35,340 nt of DNA from positions 1-35,340 of the forward strand of contig JAPEUG010000159.1 of assembly GCA_026025795.1 (NCBI GenBank), given 5' to 3'. Positions 1 to 11,000 of this stretch are shown in pieces. The stretch comes from Thelocarpon superellum. Its lineage: Eukaryota. The notes under the pieces are model-generated. The model was not told where the DNA came from and did no database searches. It saw only the letters and a program-made list of their open reading frames with translations. The translations under genes and the position numbers were made by a program. Within the stretch, counting starts at the first letter, position 1; each line of letters opens with the position of its first letter.

Positions 1-127
1 GGACAGGCTCGTGGCTGGAAGTCGTGCAGTAGTGCAGCAGCGACGTCGACTTCTACCAAATGGTCCGTTCTGAGCTGGGTATAGCGTCTCGTTAGAAGCA
101 CTACCCTCTTACTTTTCTACGTGTGCC

Positions 128-216
128 CAGGGCCGGGCCAGGGCCAGGGCCAGTGCCAGTGCCAGTGCCAGTGCCAGTGCCAGTGCCAGTGCCAGTGCCA
201 GTGCCAGTGCCAGTGC
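128..216. repeat. Hexamer microsatellite: about 3 (CAGGGC)-like units followed by (CAGTGC)11
   Basis: Directly visible; perfect CAGTGC units at 151-216. It produces the spurious QC/PV-repeat ORFs at 121-303 and 123-629. Confidence 0.95.
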
Positions 217-393
217 CGATTTCATTCCCAATCCCAAACCCATTATTCCTACTCATCATTGCCCTTCAGATGTCTCGGATCGTGCCAGGTGCATCGTCCG
301 TGAAGAATCCAAGGCAAACGGGAATACCCAATCCAATCCGAGCCCAGACCATGGCCCTCAGCCCCAGCCCCAGTCCCGGTCCCAGCCTCAGCC

Positions 394-1979
394 CTACAAA
401 GCCGTTCCAACTGATACGTCACTCAGCCGCCGACCCGGATAAACAGCCTCTTCAAGGTCCATGGGAAACACCTCACTCAAGTTGCGGCGTTTGTTCGTGG
501 CCGCATGTCCAAAGGTGCGCTGACGGGTGGGCGTCGAGGAGCCGGGGGACGAAGGGGCCGTCATGGTGGGAGACGGCGGACGGTCCAAGGTGGAAAGACC
601 CGAGATGCTCGAGACCGCGGAAGAGCTAGTGATGGTCCGTCGTGCACCAGCGTACTCCTCGTACTCCTTGTCCGGCGATACATCTTCATGGATCACTTCC
701 GTCGCTTCCAGCGGGAAGAGCCATTTGGACACACGTGACACCGGCCGCGGCGGAGAGACGGCCAGCCCGATGGCGGGCCCAGGACGTAGTTGCGGCTGGC
801 TCACCGCCGACGGCCGATGCATGTACGAAGACATGTCGGAGAAGGTGGACGACCGCCGACGTACAGGGCCCAGGTCGCTCGACCCACCGATCGCCGTCCC
901 CGGGGGAACGTCTTGCTCGCTCGATGAAAGACCGTGATACTCTGTGTGATGTGGTCAGTGCATATGCGATGCGAGGTGACCACGTTGCACCTACCCGTGT
1001 GAGGGGGAGTGTCAGAATCGTTCGCGCCACCTCGGCCTTCTTCGACAATCGTCTCAAAGGCCTGGAGCTTGCGGAGCAGATCCTGCGGCTCCTCGAGACC
1101 CAACGACACTCGAATCGGCTCGACCTCGCGCACCCATGCGGATTGCAAGGGCTCGGTGCGGGAGCGCGTATGCTTGGCGGGTGACGACCGCGAGAGGTCT
1201 TCGCTGGCCAGGGAATCGGGGATACTCGGTCGTGGCCGCAAGGCTTGCGCCGTCCACTCCGAGTTGAGCGTGGCCGGGGTCGAGCGGCTTTCGATGCTCC
1301 GGCGGGTGTCAGAGCTGCGCTGGAGGCTGCCAGAGCCGACGGGCTTGCGTCGGATGCTCATGGTAGAAGACGGGATGGAGTATACGGAGGTGCGGGGAAC
1401 GTGCGCCGGCGGCGGGGACTCCAGGCCCCCGGAGGACCCCTCGTCCTCTTCGCCATAGAGATCAAAGAAGGGGAGCGGCGAGAGCCGGTTCTCGGGGAGA
1501 TAGATGCTGAGCTGCAATGGCCGGAATTCTCCCAAGCGACGGGGGCGCTCCTCCTCCATCCGTCGAAAGTCCCAGGGCGCCCCGATGGCCGGCCGTCGGC
1601 CATGTCGGCTCAGGCTGCGGCTCTTCCGCCGTCGGCTGCGCACATAGTCTCGACTACGCACCGAGGCCTGCAATGCCAGGCTCCGTGTGTCCGCCATCCA
1701 GGGCAGTGACCGGAGGCGGAGGGATCGCGTGGATCGCATCGAGGCTCGCCGACGCGACCGCTGGGTGGATGTGTACCCTGCCTCGGGCGGAAGCATGGGA
1801 AGGGGTCGCTCGTATCGTTGATCATCGAGCGCGGTCATGCCGGCAGTGGCCCGGGTGGGAGGAGGAGGAGGGGAAGTGGCATGGTCACGCAATTGAGGCA
1901 AGCAACAGATGAAGGCGGAGAGCAGCCCGTCCAGGCCGGACGCAGCTGCATACTCGCTCAACGACTTCATCGCCACCAT
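394..1979 (-). CDS. Hypothetical protein, ~510 aa, Ser/Arg/Pro-rich; exons 1979-995 and 941-394
   Basis: ORFs 801-1982 and 394-834 join in frame through a 53-nt intron (994-942: GTAGGT..CTGAC..CACAG), reading ..PPHT-E-YHGLSS.. and ending RRLSDVSVGTAL*. Ordered motifs: IGAPWDFRR and FRPLQLSIYLPENRLSPLPFF. Start uncertain (ATG at 1979 or 1970). Confidence 0.75.
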
Positions 1980-2994
1980 CACTCACTGGGCTACATCGGG
2001 GCATAGATGCACAACGTGAGCTGGACGGCGATGGACCGGCGTGCAGCGGACATTATAACCGCCGACGGACGTCGGCGGGGACGACGCGAGCCTGCTTGCT
2101 CTTATCCGGGCGGGAGCCTCGAAACTTTGGAAACGGCAGCCACTTTGGCACCTAGGGGAGGACGCCCCCGTCCCGGACCGAAGCGCCTGGCCCTCGCAGG
2201 GACGAGGGGGCCCCCGGTCGAACATGGCATTCATGTGCGCAAAGGGTCTGGCTTGCCGCACGTCGTGAAGGGCGAGGATGGTGAGCGGACGCGAGCAGCG
2301 TGGAGGGGCCAAGCTGACTGTCGTTCGAAAGGCTAGTCACGCTACGTGCGATGATAGGCTCCGCCGGAAAACGGCCGGTCGGGTCTTCCTCCCTCGGGCG
2401 CTTAGCATCAGCCCATCCGTCCAATGCCGACCGGCCCTCCACTTGCTCTCGTCAGGTTGCCTACCTTCGAGCACAAATGACCAGGACGGCGCGCTGGAAC
2501 AGTTACGGTGCGAATGACCCTCCTGCTTCATGCCCGACCAGTCAGACGTAGATCGTGCCCCGCGCCCGCCGGCGGTCGATGACATCGTGCGGCATGTCCG
2601 GCGGTCGGACGAATGAGAGGCTCGACGCCCGTCGTCGTCATGCCAGCTCCGATCCCCACCGCCGATCCATTGGTCGTACGTTAAGTGTGGCGTTTGGGAG
2701 AGCCGTCCCCGGCCGGGTCTGGAGCACGCCGAGAACTCTCCGCCAGGCGTTGATGGTGGCAGTAGTACGATCCGTCCCATTTCAATGTCGCCGAATATGA
2801 GACAGCCCGACCGAGAGAAATCGCTCGTTACAGACACCGCTACGATGATGTATCGGGTGAACATCGCGCCAGACCTCGTGGGATGGCATGAAACGATACC
2901 CTGTCCCAGCGCCAACCAATGCTCGGCGCCCTTCGCCTTTCCCCCGGTGAGGGTGATGGTGGGAATGAGGGTGACACAGATGATGCTCCTACCC

Positions 2995-5242
2995 TCACTC
3001 GTCGTGTCTCTCCGCCCAGGCGGAGCGCTCCTCGTTCAGACTCCCGTAGCTTACATCTCTCCGAGCCACGTTGTCCGGCGCGTCGTCGCCGCCCGACCGC
3101 CGAGGCGTGTCGTCTTTCGATCCACCGTCGTCGGTAGTGCTCGGGTCCCCCGTGGATCCATCATCGCTGTGGACATCGTCGGGATCGCGATCGTGGTCTC
3201 CGGCGACTTGGTCGGGTGCGAATCCTTCACGGATCTCCTCGCCCTGATCGGCATCGGCATACGTCCGGCTGTGACGCATAAGCATGATTCCCCGGCGCGC
3301 CGAGGGCACACGTCACGGCGGATGCCGTCACCTAGAACTTACATGAATCGTTTCGCCTCGGTTTCGTTCCACTGCGGTCCCCCTTCTTTCCGCGCGCGCA
3401 CACGCTCCGTCTCCTCCGCCGCCCGGTCTTCCACCACCAGATCAACGAGCTGACTCCGATCCGACTGACCCGAGCCAGACGAGGATGACGCCTGCCGGTC
3501 CATGCCGTTGGGCCGCGGCGACCGGGGCTGCGACGCGGCCCCGCTCGGGGCGCCGGTGCGATGTTTGCCCTTGCTCAAGGTCTTCCGGACCTCGCTCTTG
3601 CGCCGCACCTGATTGTCCCGCGTCGGATGTAAGAGGTGTCGGTTGCTCGAGGTCGTCAGGAGGTTTGGGTCATGGTTCATCCATCGCTCGCGCGATGCCT
3701 CGTTGGCCGTGATGACAGGGTAGTTCCAGTCGCCAAACTCCAGCGCCCGCGCTTTGTCGAAGAGACGCTCATCATCCTCATCGATCCCCAGCGGCTCAAT
3801 CTCCTCGGTACCGTAGTCGGCGGAGGGCTGACCGCGACCCGCCGACGTCGACGGGCTATGGGTGCGGGGTGTGCCTGAACCAGACCCAGATAACAAAGGC
3901 GTGCGGCTGGTGGCTTCGCCAGGCTTGGGGATCCAGTATTTGCCCTTGCCGCCGCGCTCAAATCGCATTCCTTCCCGCATGCGTGCTAGTCGTGAGTCCG
4001 ACTCCTCGTGGGCCAAGACGTCATCGCTTGTGTCAAATAGACGGTACTCGTAGCCCTTGCCGCCAAAGGTGCGCTTCGTGTCCTCGATCAGATCGCGCAC
4101 GCCAAAGGCGTCGCGAAAGGCATACAGCACCGGCATCCGCGCCGCCGAGATGGTGACGTCGGCATAGTCATGCCACGCGAAAGCGTACCAATGCCCCACG
4201 GCAAAGGCCGGCATCTCGAAGCAGATCAACGCGTTTTGGATAGCAGCCGCGATGTTGTCAGGCGTGTACCCCGTCACGTCATCCGGGATGGCCCCGATCC
4301 ACACGAAGATGGACAGCAGGAAGCCTTGCCAGTAGGAAGCGAAGATGATCAGCTTGATGGAGAGGAACTTCGGCATCGGCCGGAAGGGCTGCAGCTCATC
4401 CGACATGCACACCCAGAACATCGCCAATGAATACAGGCTGAGGGTGATGCTGACGTTGTAGATGATCCCGCTCCAGAGGTAGCCTGACTCCAAGCCGAGG
4501 TAGCCCTCTTGATAGACGTCGGTGGCCTTCATGATGATCGTGGCGATGCCCAAGATCGGCTTGATCCACGCATACTGGAGGATGCCTCGCTTGATCGCGA
4601 GAAAGGTGTGCGGGTCGGAGATGTCGACCTTGGGTAGACACAGCTGCAGGGGCCAGGGATGATGGACCGGGGGCCGGCCATGCATCAAGATGATGAGCGC
4701 GCGTTCTCCCCCGATGAAGTTGATGAGCAACTGGAAGAAGGTGTAGATGGTGAAAGCCTGGCACGGCGTCAGGGTCACTGCAGCTAATGGACGGAGGGCC
4801 GCCTTCACCTCGTAGATATCTCGCACGGGGTCAATGTAGAAGGCCGCTTTCAATGACCAGAGGCTAGTCCATGACGCCGCGCTGTAGATGGGCACCCTGT
4901 CACCTGGTCAGCCGTGGCTCGTCGCGCCCAACATCCCCAGGCTTACATGAGCAAGATGCGCACGACATATCGTTGTAGTAACGGCTTGCGATAGTTTTTC
5001 CTGCCCGTGGTCCCATTAATCTCTGCCTGGCCGTGGGGGGACCGGGCGCAAGGTTACGAACAGCTGGAGCCCGATGGATCTGGACGGCCAGCAGGCAGTC
5101 AGCATCGGCGCCAGGGCCTCGACGAGGAGGGCACGTCCACGTACCCGAGAGACACCAGAGAGGCCGCCAGCGCGGCCACGCCAGCAATGATGACCGTGGC
5201 ACGCGTGAGCTTCGAGCCTGTGCCGCCGCCATAACTCTCCAT
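2995..5242 (-). CDS. HFL1: OSTA/TMEM184-family (Ost-alpha-like) vacuolar membrane protein, Hfl1-like, ~648 aa; exons 5242-5145, 5079-5062, 5000-4947, 4896-4809, 4757-3343, 3268-2995
   Basis: Spliced product reads SIGLQLKNYRKPLLQRYVVRILLMVPIYS..RDIYEAFTIYTFFQLL..KRGILQY..PKFLSIKLIIFASYWQG..IQNALICFEMP..GDWNYPV, which is typical of this family. All five introns are GT-AG and preserve frame. Confidence 0.9.
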
Positions 5243-6184
5243 GCTGAAGGTGACGGAGCGGGGGGCGATGGCAGAGCGTCCAGTCGACGTTTCTCCGCGA
5301 GAGGAAGGGCTATGGCGAGGGACGAACGGGATGCCGCACGCCACCCATAGATGACGATCTTCGGACGGGGTGCTTCAAGAGACTCAAAGAGCTCTAGCCA
5401 CACACGATGCTCTTGCAGCCTTGCTACAGCATGAGAACACCAGATAATTTCGCGTCTCCGCTGCCTGGGCCACCGTAGTGGGCGCCTCAGGAGACGCACG
5501 TTCACCGGAGCCCTGTTGTGCCCCTCCGTAAGTCCTGACGTACTTGGACGGCGTGCCCCGGTGCAAGCGAGGTGGCAGGTGACCACGTTCCGTTTGTTGA
5601 GCGACGCGTCTGCGGGTCACTTGGGGTAGCGTCCAGGGATCGCCGTCACGCACCCAAGTACGAAGTACGGTAGCGACGGGGCGGGCGGCGGACGGGCCGC
5701 ACACCCGCATGGATCCAGACCATGCTGGTCTCCATATTTATGGACTTTGAACACAAAGAGGGCCGATGCAAGCCAAAGGCACAGACCAAGAAGGTTGTCC
5801 CACAATGTATTCCTGTCTTAGGCTATGCGCCTGCCTTGGCCGTCGGGACTTTCCTTGGGGGCCCTTCGGGTCTTGGCTGACCCTGTCATTTACGCCCAAC
5901 TGCAACTTTCATGGAGGACTCGTATTCTGACTGGTCCGTGGCGCAGCCTGCATCCCGCTATTCCGGAGCCTCAGCGCCGTGTATCCGATGGCCCCAACGG
6001 GCGCAGCGTTTCCATCCTCTTGGCGGGGACGGGTCGGCCAGACGTAGCTTGCTTCCATCGGCATTCTCCTACAAGTTGTCGTGATGAGCTCCTGCTATGC
6101 CCGTGTTTGGAGACCCGAGATGTGTCGACACGAAAGCCAGTACCTCCCAACAGCTTAGCAGGCTGTAAAAGTGACACAACGCAC

Positions 6185-7032
6185 ATGGTATGTTGCCCAC
6201 CGTACCGCCACCAGCGCACCGTCCGACCGTCCTGACCCATCCAGGCGTGGATCAGTCACGCGCTGAGCTTCGTTTTCTTCCCTTGGGCCGCCGTCTACGA
6301 CCCCATCAATGTCCTTGTCAACGCCGATCCGCGACCACACGAAAATGGGCCGAGCGAGCTGGCGGTGCAGACGAAGGTGTGGGTGGAGAATAAGATCGGC
6401 GAATTGACCTTGGTCGGCATTCTGGTACGCTATCGTCCTCGAAGCGTCCTACATTCGCGCCCGAGACTGACCATGATGCTCATGGGCTGGGTAGTGCGCA
6501 TTGCTAGCGGCCACCATCAGTGCCGGCTTTGCCTGGGACAACGCCGGAGATTTTGCCTGGCCGGCCCTGGCGTTGTGGTACGCGGCTTTGCTCTTCTCGC
6601 TGGCCAGTATCTGCATTGCGACACAACAGAGCGTCTCGCTCCGTCGCCTGATGGTGCATCGCCAAGGGCCACAACGCGTCCGACATCTGCTTGGCATCGC
6701 GGATGAGTCGCGCATCGGCCACTTTCGCCCGCGCGAGAGTCAGCTGTGGGCGTGGGAGGTGCCCATCATCCTGTTAAATTATGGGATCATCGTCTTCTGC
6801 ATCGGCCTGGGTATTATAATGTGGCAGAATGCAGCCCTGAGCTGGGACGGTCTGGGGAATCGTGAGACCAAGGTACGTGCACCAACGCGTGTACGTCGAC
6901 GTCGGAAGCTCGACCGGCCTGACCACGAGACAGGTTGCCATTGCGGCCAGTGTGTGCGCCCTACTTGCCGCCGGATGCTATGCCTTTTGCCTGTTCTCCA
7001 TGTACGGGGGCACCGGCAAAGACGTGGCGTGA
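6185..7032 (+). CDS. Uncharacterised small multi-pass membrane protein, ~219 aa; exons 6185-6187, 6245-6424, 6495-6872, 6934-7032
   Basis: Introns 6188-6244 (GTATGT..CTGAC..CAG), 6425-6494 (GTACGC..TAG) and 6873-6933 (GTACGT..CTGAC..CAG) join MAWISHALSFVFFPW..ENKIGELTLVGILCALLAATISAGFAW..WPALALWYAALLFSLASICIATQQ..WEVPIILLNYGIIVFCIGLGIIMW..ETKVAIAASVCALLAAGCYAFCLFSMYGGTGKDVA*. About four hydrophobic segments. An in-frame upstream ATG at 5825 is an alternative start. Confidence 0.78.
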
Positions 7033-7434
7033 CGGCGGTGTTGCTCATGTCTAGCATGGGTTTGCCGTAATGGAGGATCTGGTATGCAGACCTTAGCAGG
7101 CTTGACTCCAAGTGGATGGAAATCAAAATTTGGAGGGGAAGCGGCTATCATCCAGATTCAAACGCTTTTAGGTCCGGCCAACTCGTCTCGCCGTCGGGTA
7201 TCACTGCCGGGTGCTGCTAGTTCTGTATAAACTGAAATTCTGTCTAGATGGATTTCAGGCTGTTCAAGCCATCCTCACCTCTGTAACCACCCCTCCGTGG
7301 CAATGGGAACCGGTTCCTGCCCGAGTTGACAATTGTAATTCTAGGACGAGAGGGTGTCGGACACCGACAGAGAACAGTCTGGCGCCTGGAGGCTGATCCA
7401 GACCAGCATCAGCGTCAGTCGGTGACTGTCACGG

Positions 7435-7462
7435 GGTCACCTGACTGTACAGTCAGGTGACC
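7435..7462. repeat. Perfect 28-bp palindrome GGTCACCTGACTGTACAGTCAGGTGACC
   Basis: GGTCACCTGACTGT is followed immediately by its exact reverse complement ACAGTCAGGTGACC. Confidence 0.95.
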
Positions 7463-8000
7463 ATGAATTAGCCTGGGTATATCCCACCGTAGGCTAGCTA
7501 GCTAGAGAGAACAATCAACTCAGAAGCATCCTGCCGAAGGCATAACAGTGATACCCCCGGGCTCCGGACCGTTCTCCGTCTTCGCCTAGACAATATAACT
7601 AGTAGTTAGCATGCTGAGTTGTGGGTTCCCTGTTCCACTTAGTAGGTACAGTCTAGTAGACTAGAGCCCTCGCCATTCTCTAGGCATAGGCGTCTTCGGT
7701 CGTATGGGGCGCCTCTAACACAAAGAGGATCCGTAATATGATGGTGAAGTTCGGTATATGCAGTTTCAACCCATCGGTGTCGCTTGGTGGTGCACTAATG
7801 TGCACCCTGGACCTGCGTGCCCCGCTTGCTTTCATGTTTTGGCTCGCAACTCGGCACGACTTGCTCGTGCCTTCGGCTGTTTACGAGCACCGGTGGACGC
7901 ACCGCTTGGTGGGTAGATCGTTACGTCGTCCCCCGGGAGCTTCATCTGCATGCATCCACCATGGGCAGGTCATGTCGCCGCGTCCCCCATAGTTCAGACC

Positions 8001-11000
8001 ATGGCCGGCGACACCTTGACCGCCCAGCCCTTGGACGCCAACCTCGCGTTCAACTGGTAAGTGTACTCGCCTAGCCATGAGAGAACGTGGACTGACCAGA
8101 GTCCAGGATCTTCCTCGTCGAGCTGCTGGTCTGTGGTATCCTCTCCCTCTTCTTCCTCTACTACTTCAATCGGCTCTTCGGCACCCTCATCTCCTACGCC
8201 CTGCGTGCCTACACATGGCACCGATACCGCGTCTGGGTCGATGTCCAGGCTCTGCAATTCTCACTGCTCGGCGGACGGATATTCTTCCGCGGCTTCCGCT
8301 ACCACGGTAACAATGAGACCATTTTGATCCACTCCGGCTACATCACCTGGCGATACTGGTTGAGTGCTGTCCGTCTCGCCGAGTGCCTCACGCCCGACCC
8401 GCGGAAGAGCACAGGTCCAGAGGCGTCCAGCGGCCGAGCGGCGCCAGAGAGTCCGCGCCAGGGCATCAGCGTAGCTGAGAAGGGCGGCTGTGAGGGCCCG
8501 AGTCAGCTACCTTGCCGTCTTGTTGCAACCGTGCAGGGGCTTGAATGGTTTGTCTACAATCGGAGTGTCGCCTATGATGCCCTCGTGGCTAGCATGTCCA
8601 CCGATGCCGCCTCGACCAATCCAACTCAAGGCTTGCGCAGCGGCACGGCATCGCTCCGTCGGCGGGGGCATAGAAAAGAGATGAGGGCGGAGTCCGAAAA
8701 GGCGGGGACTACCTCTGACTCGACGGCACACCCTCTGGGCTCACTCCGCCACCTGGGGCTCAAGCGACATGATACAGCATCGAGCAAATCACACAAGCCT
8801 CGACCCGCTGAGTCTGAGACGGTCGAGGCAACATCAAGCACTGTCGGAGCCACTTCGCGCACTACCAGCCCCACGAGCCTCCCTGATCGAGCGGATAATA
8901 ACCACGCCGACCTCTCTGATGCCTCCCTCCTGACCTTCTTTCCCATTCAGATCGAATGCACTAAGGGAGCCGTAGTGCTGGGCAATGACCGCACCCGATG
9001 CATCCTGACCACCAAGTTTGACAAAGCCCTGGGCGAGGTTGATGCCACCCACGCCCGGGCGCCCGACAAGTATCGACAGGTTTTTCAATTCCATTTCGTG
9101 CATCCCGTCATGCAGATGAAGGCGAACCCCGATTTCAAAGAGCCAACGCCCGTGAATGCCACACATCCGCCGCCCGAGCCATGCACGACGAGGACAAACC
9201 CCCGCGCCTCGATGCCGACGCCCGCCCGCATTGGCTGGCGCCGTCAACTATGGAAGCGGTGGCACGCGCTCCGATATTGGCTACCCTTCTCCAACGCCTC
9301 CGTCCATTCGCTCCTTCCCAACGCCGATGGGGAGAAACCACGTCCAGGTCCAGTGAACGCCGGAGAGCCCTCGACAGCGCGCTGGATCGGGCTCTCGCGC
9401 TACCTTGTTGACGACCCGGAAGAAGAGCATCAACGGTGGGGCTCCGTCGAGTATGCTAAATTCCCGACGGTGCTAGACAGCCCAGCTGTCGACCTAAGCC
9501 TCTACTGGGACGTTCCAGGTATCGTCCCCAAATCCACCGGCACCGTCTCTGCCTCGTCGCAGGATGGTGCTAGTGACATCAACGGCGACGTGGCGCCGGC
9601 GTGGGGGATTGATCTCCGCATCGACGGCGGCACCCTGAATTATGGCCCGTGGGCCGACCGCCAGCGCGTCGAACTGCAAGCCGTCTTCTTTCCACGCCTG
9701 TGCATCGATGCCACGCCAGCCGAGAAACTTGCCGTCGGGACCTTACGTGTGAGCACCGCCTTCAAGCTGTTCGTCGATCTTACCGCGGAGACGAGCGTGC
9801 GCGTGCCCATCCGGGAGAAGTCCAAGGATTGGAAGTGGAAGGGTCGCGCCGACGGCGACGAACACCTTTGGCGGCGAGGCGATGGTGCTAAAGCACGGAC
9901 GAAGCCTGGCCGCGATAAGAAGTCTGGCCCAGCCGAGGTGGGCGCGGATCTACGTCCGTTTGGCTGGCTTGACCACCGCGTCAAGGCCAATTCCACCATT
10001 AGCTACGTCGGCGATATGGTCGCGCGTGACGTTGGATATAAGGCCACCCTCGACCTGGACCTGCGAGACCCGGAGATCTCGAGCAGTGTCAATCACGGCC
10101 TCCTGCTAAGATCCGGTGACCTGTCCATCTCGTGCGATCTGTCGAACCCGTTGCAGTGGAACCGGCTACGGACTTGGACCTTTGACATCGTCACCGAGCG
10201 ACCCGAGCTCTTTCTCTTGCGTGACCACGTCGCTTTCCTATCAGACCTCATTGATGACTGGGGGTCCGGCCCGCCCGCCGACTTCTACTCCTTCACGCCC
10301 TTCAAATATCTGATCAAGCTGCGCCTGGGACAATTCAACTTCCATCTCAACGCGAACGACCATAACATCATCAACGATCCCGCCAGTTTCGAGGACAACA
10401 CCTTCGTCACGGTGCATGGCGACGAACTGGTCGTCGATGTCGCCATTCCATTGGATCAGTACCGTCCTACGCGCAACGAGATCACGGTCGACGTCGAAGG
10501 CCACCGGGGCGGATTACGACTACACAGTCCACTGTGGAACACGCAGGCCACCTTTCTCGATGACCCACAGATCGCCAACCTTGAGGACCTCACACTCCAC
10601 GCGCGCTATGCGACGCATCCCGTCACGACCGCAACGGCCACCGACACCCTTCTGCTGGGTGTTGGTGGCTCGTCCGTCTCGGTGAAGCTGTATGGTTTCC
10701 TGGTGCGCTACTTCTTCAAGTTGCGGGACAACTATTTTGGCGAGGATATACATTTCAAGACCTTGGAAGAGTATCAACAGCTACGTACGCGGCGCCTGTC
10801 GGAGGTCGAGGCCGCGGCCGCCGAGCGGCACCCGGATCATCATCGCAAGGGCAATGACCTCGACGTTGTCGTCACCATCGAGGCCACCGATGGCGTCATC
10901 ATGCTGCCCGCCAATCTCTATTCTGCCCAAAACCATGTCCGCATCGACCTGGCACACCTGGGCCTCGAGCTCCGCTTCACAAATTACTACATGGACTTGC

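Noticed and set aside
1..95. Possible 3' end of an upstream plus-strand gene (e.g. DRLVAGSRAVVQQRRRLLPNGPF* or SSDVDFYQMVRSELGIASR*)
   Set aside because: Truncated by the window edge, no recognisable motif, and the frame cannot be chosen.
121..629. ORFs with (QC)n or (PV)n repeats that look like Cys-rich peptides
   Set aside because: They are translations of the (CAGTGC)n microsatellite, with non-ATG starts.
2337..2915. 192-aa minus-strand ORF between HFL1 and the orphan gene
   Set aside because: TTG start, no motif and no supporting splice structure; most likely UTR or promoter DNA.
7030..7229. TGA-CGG readthrough-like context at the end of the membrane-protein gene
   Set aside because: The extension has no targeting signal (no PTS1) or protein-like features, and the context is not the fungal TGA-CTA motif.
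7435..7480. Helitron 3' end (hairpin followed by CTRR)
   Set aside because: CTGG at 7473 is not followed by T, and there is no Rep/helicase remnant or identifiable 5' end.
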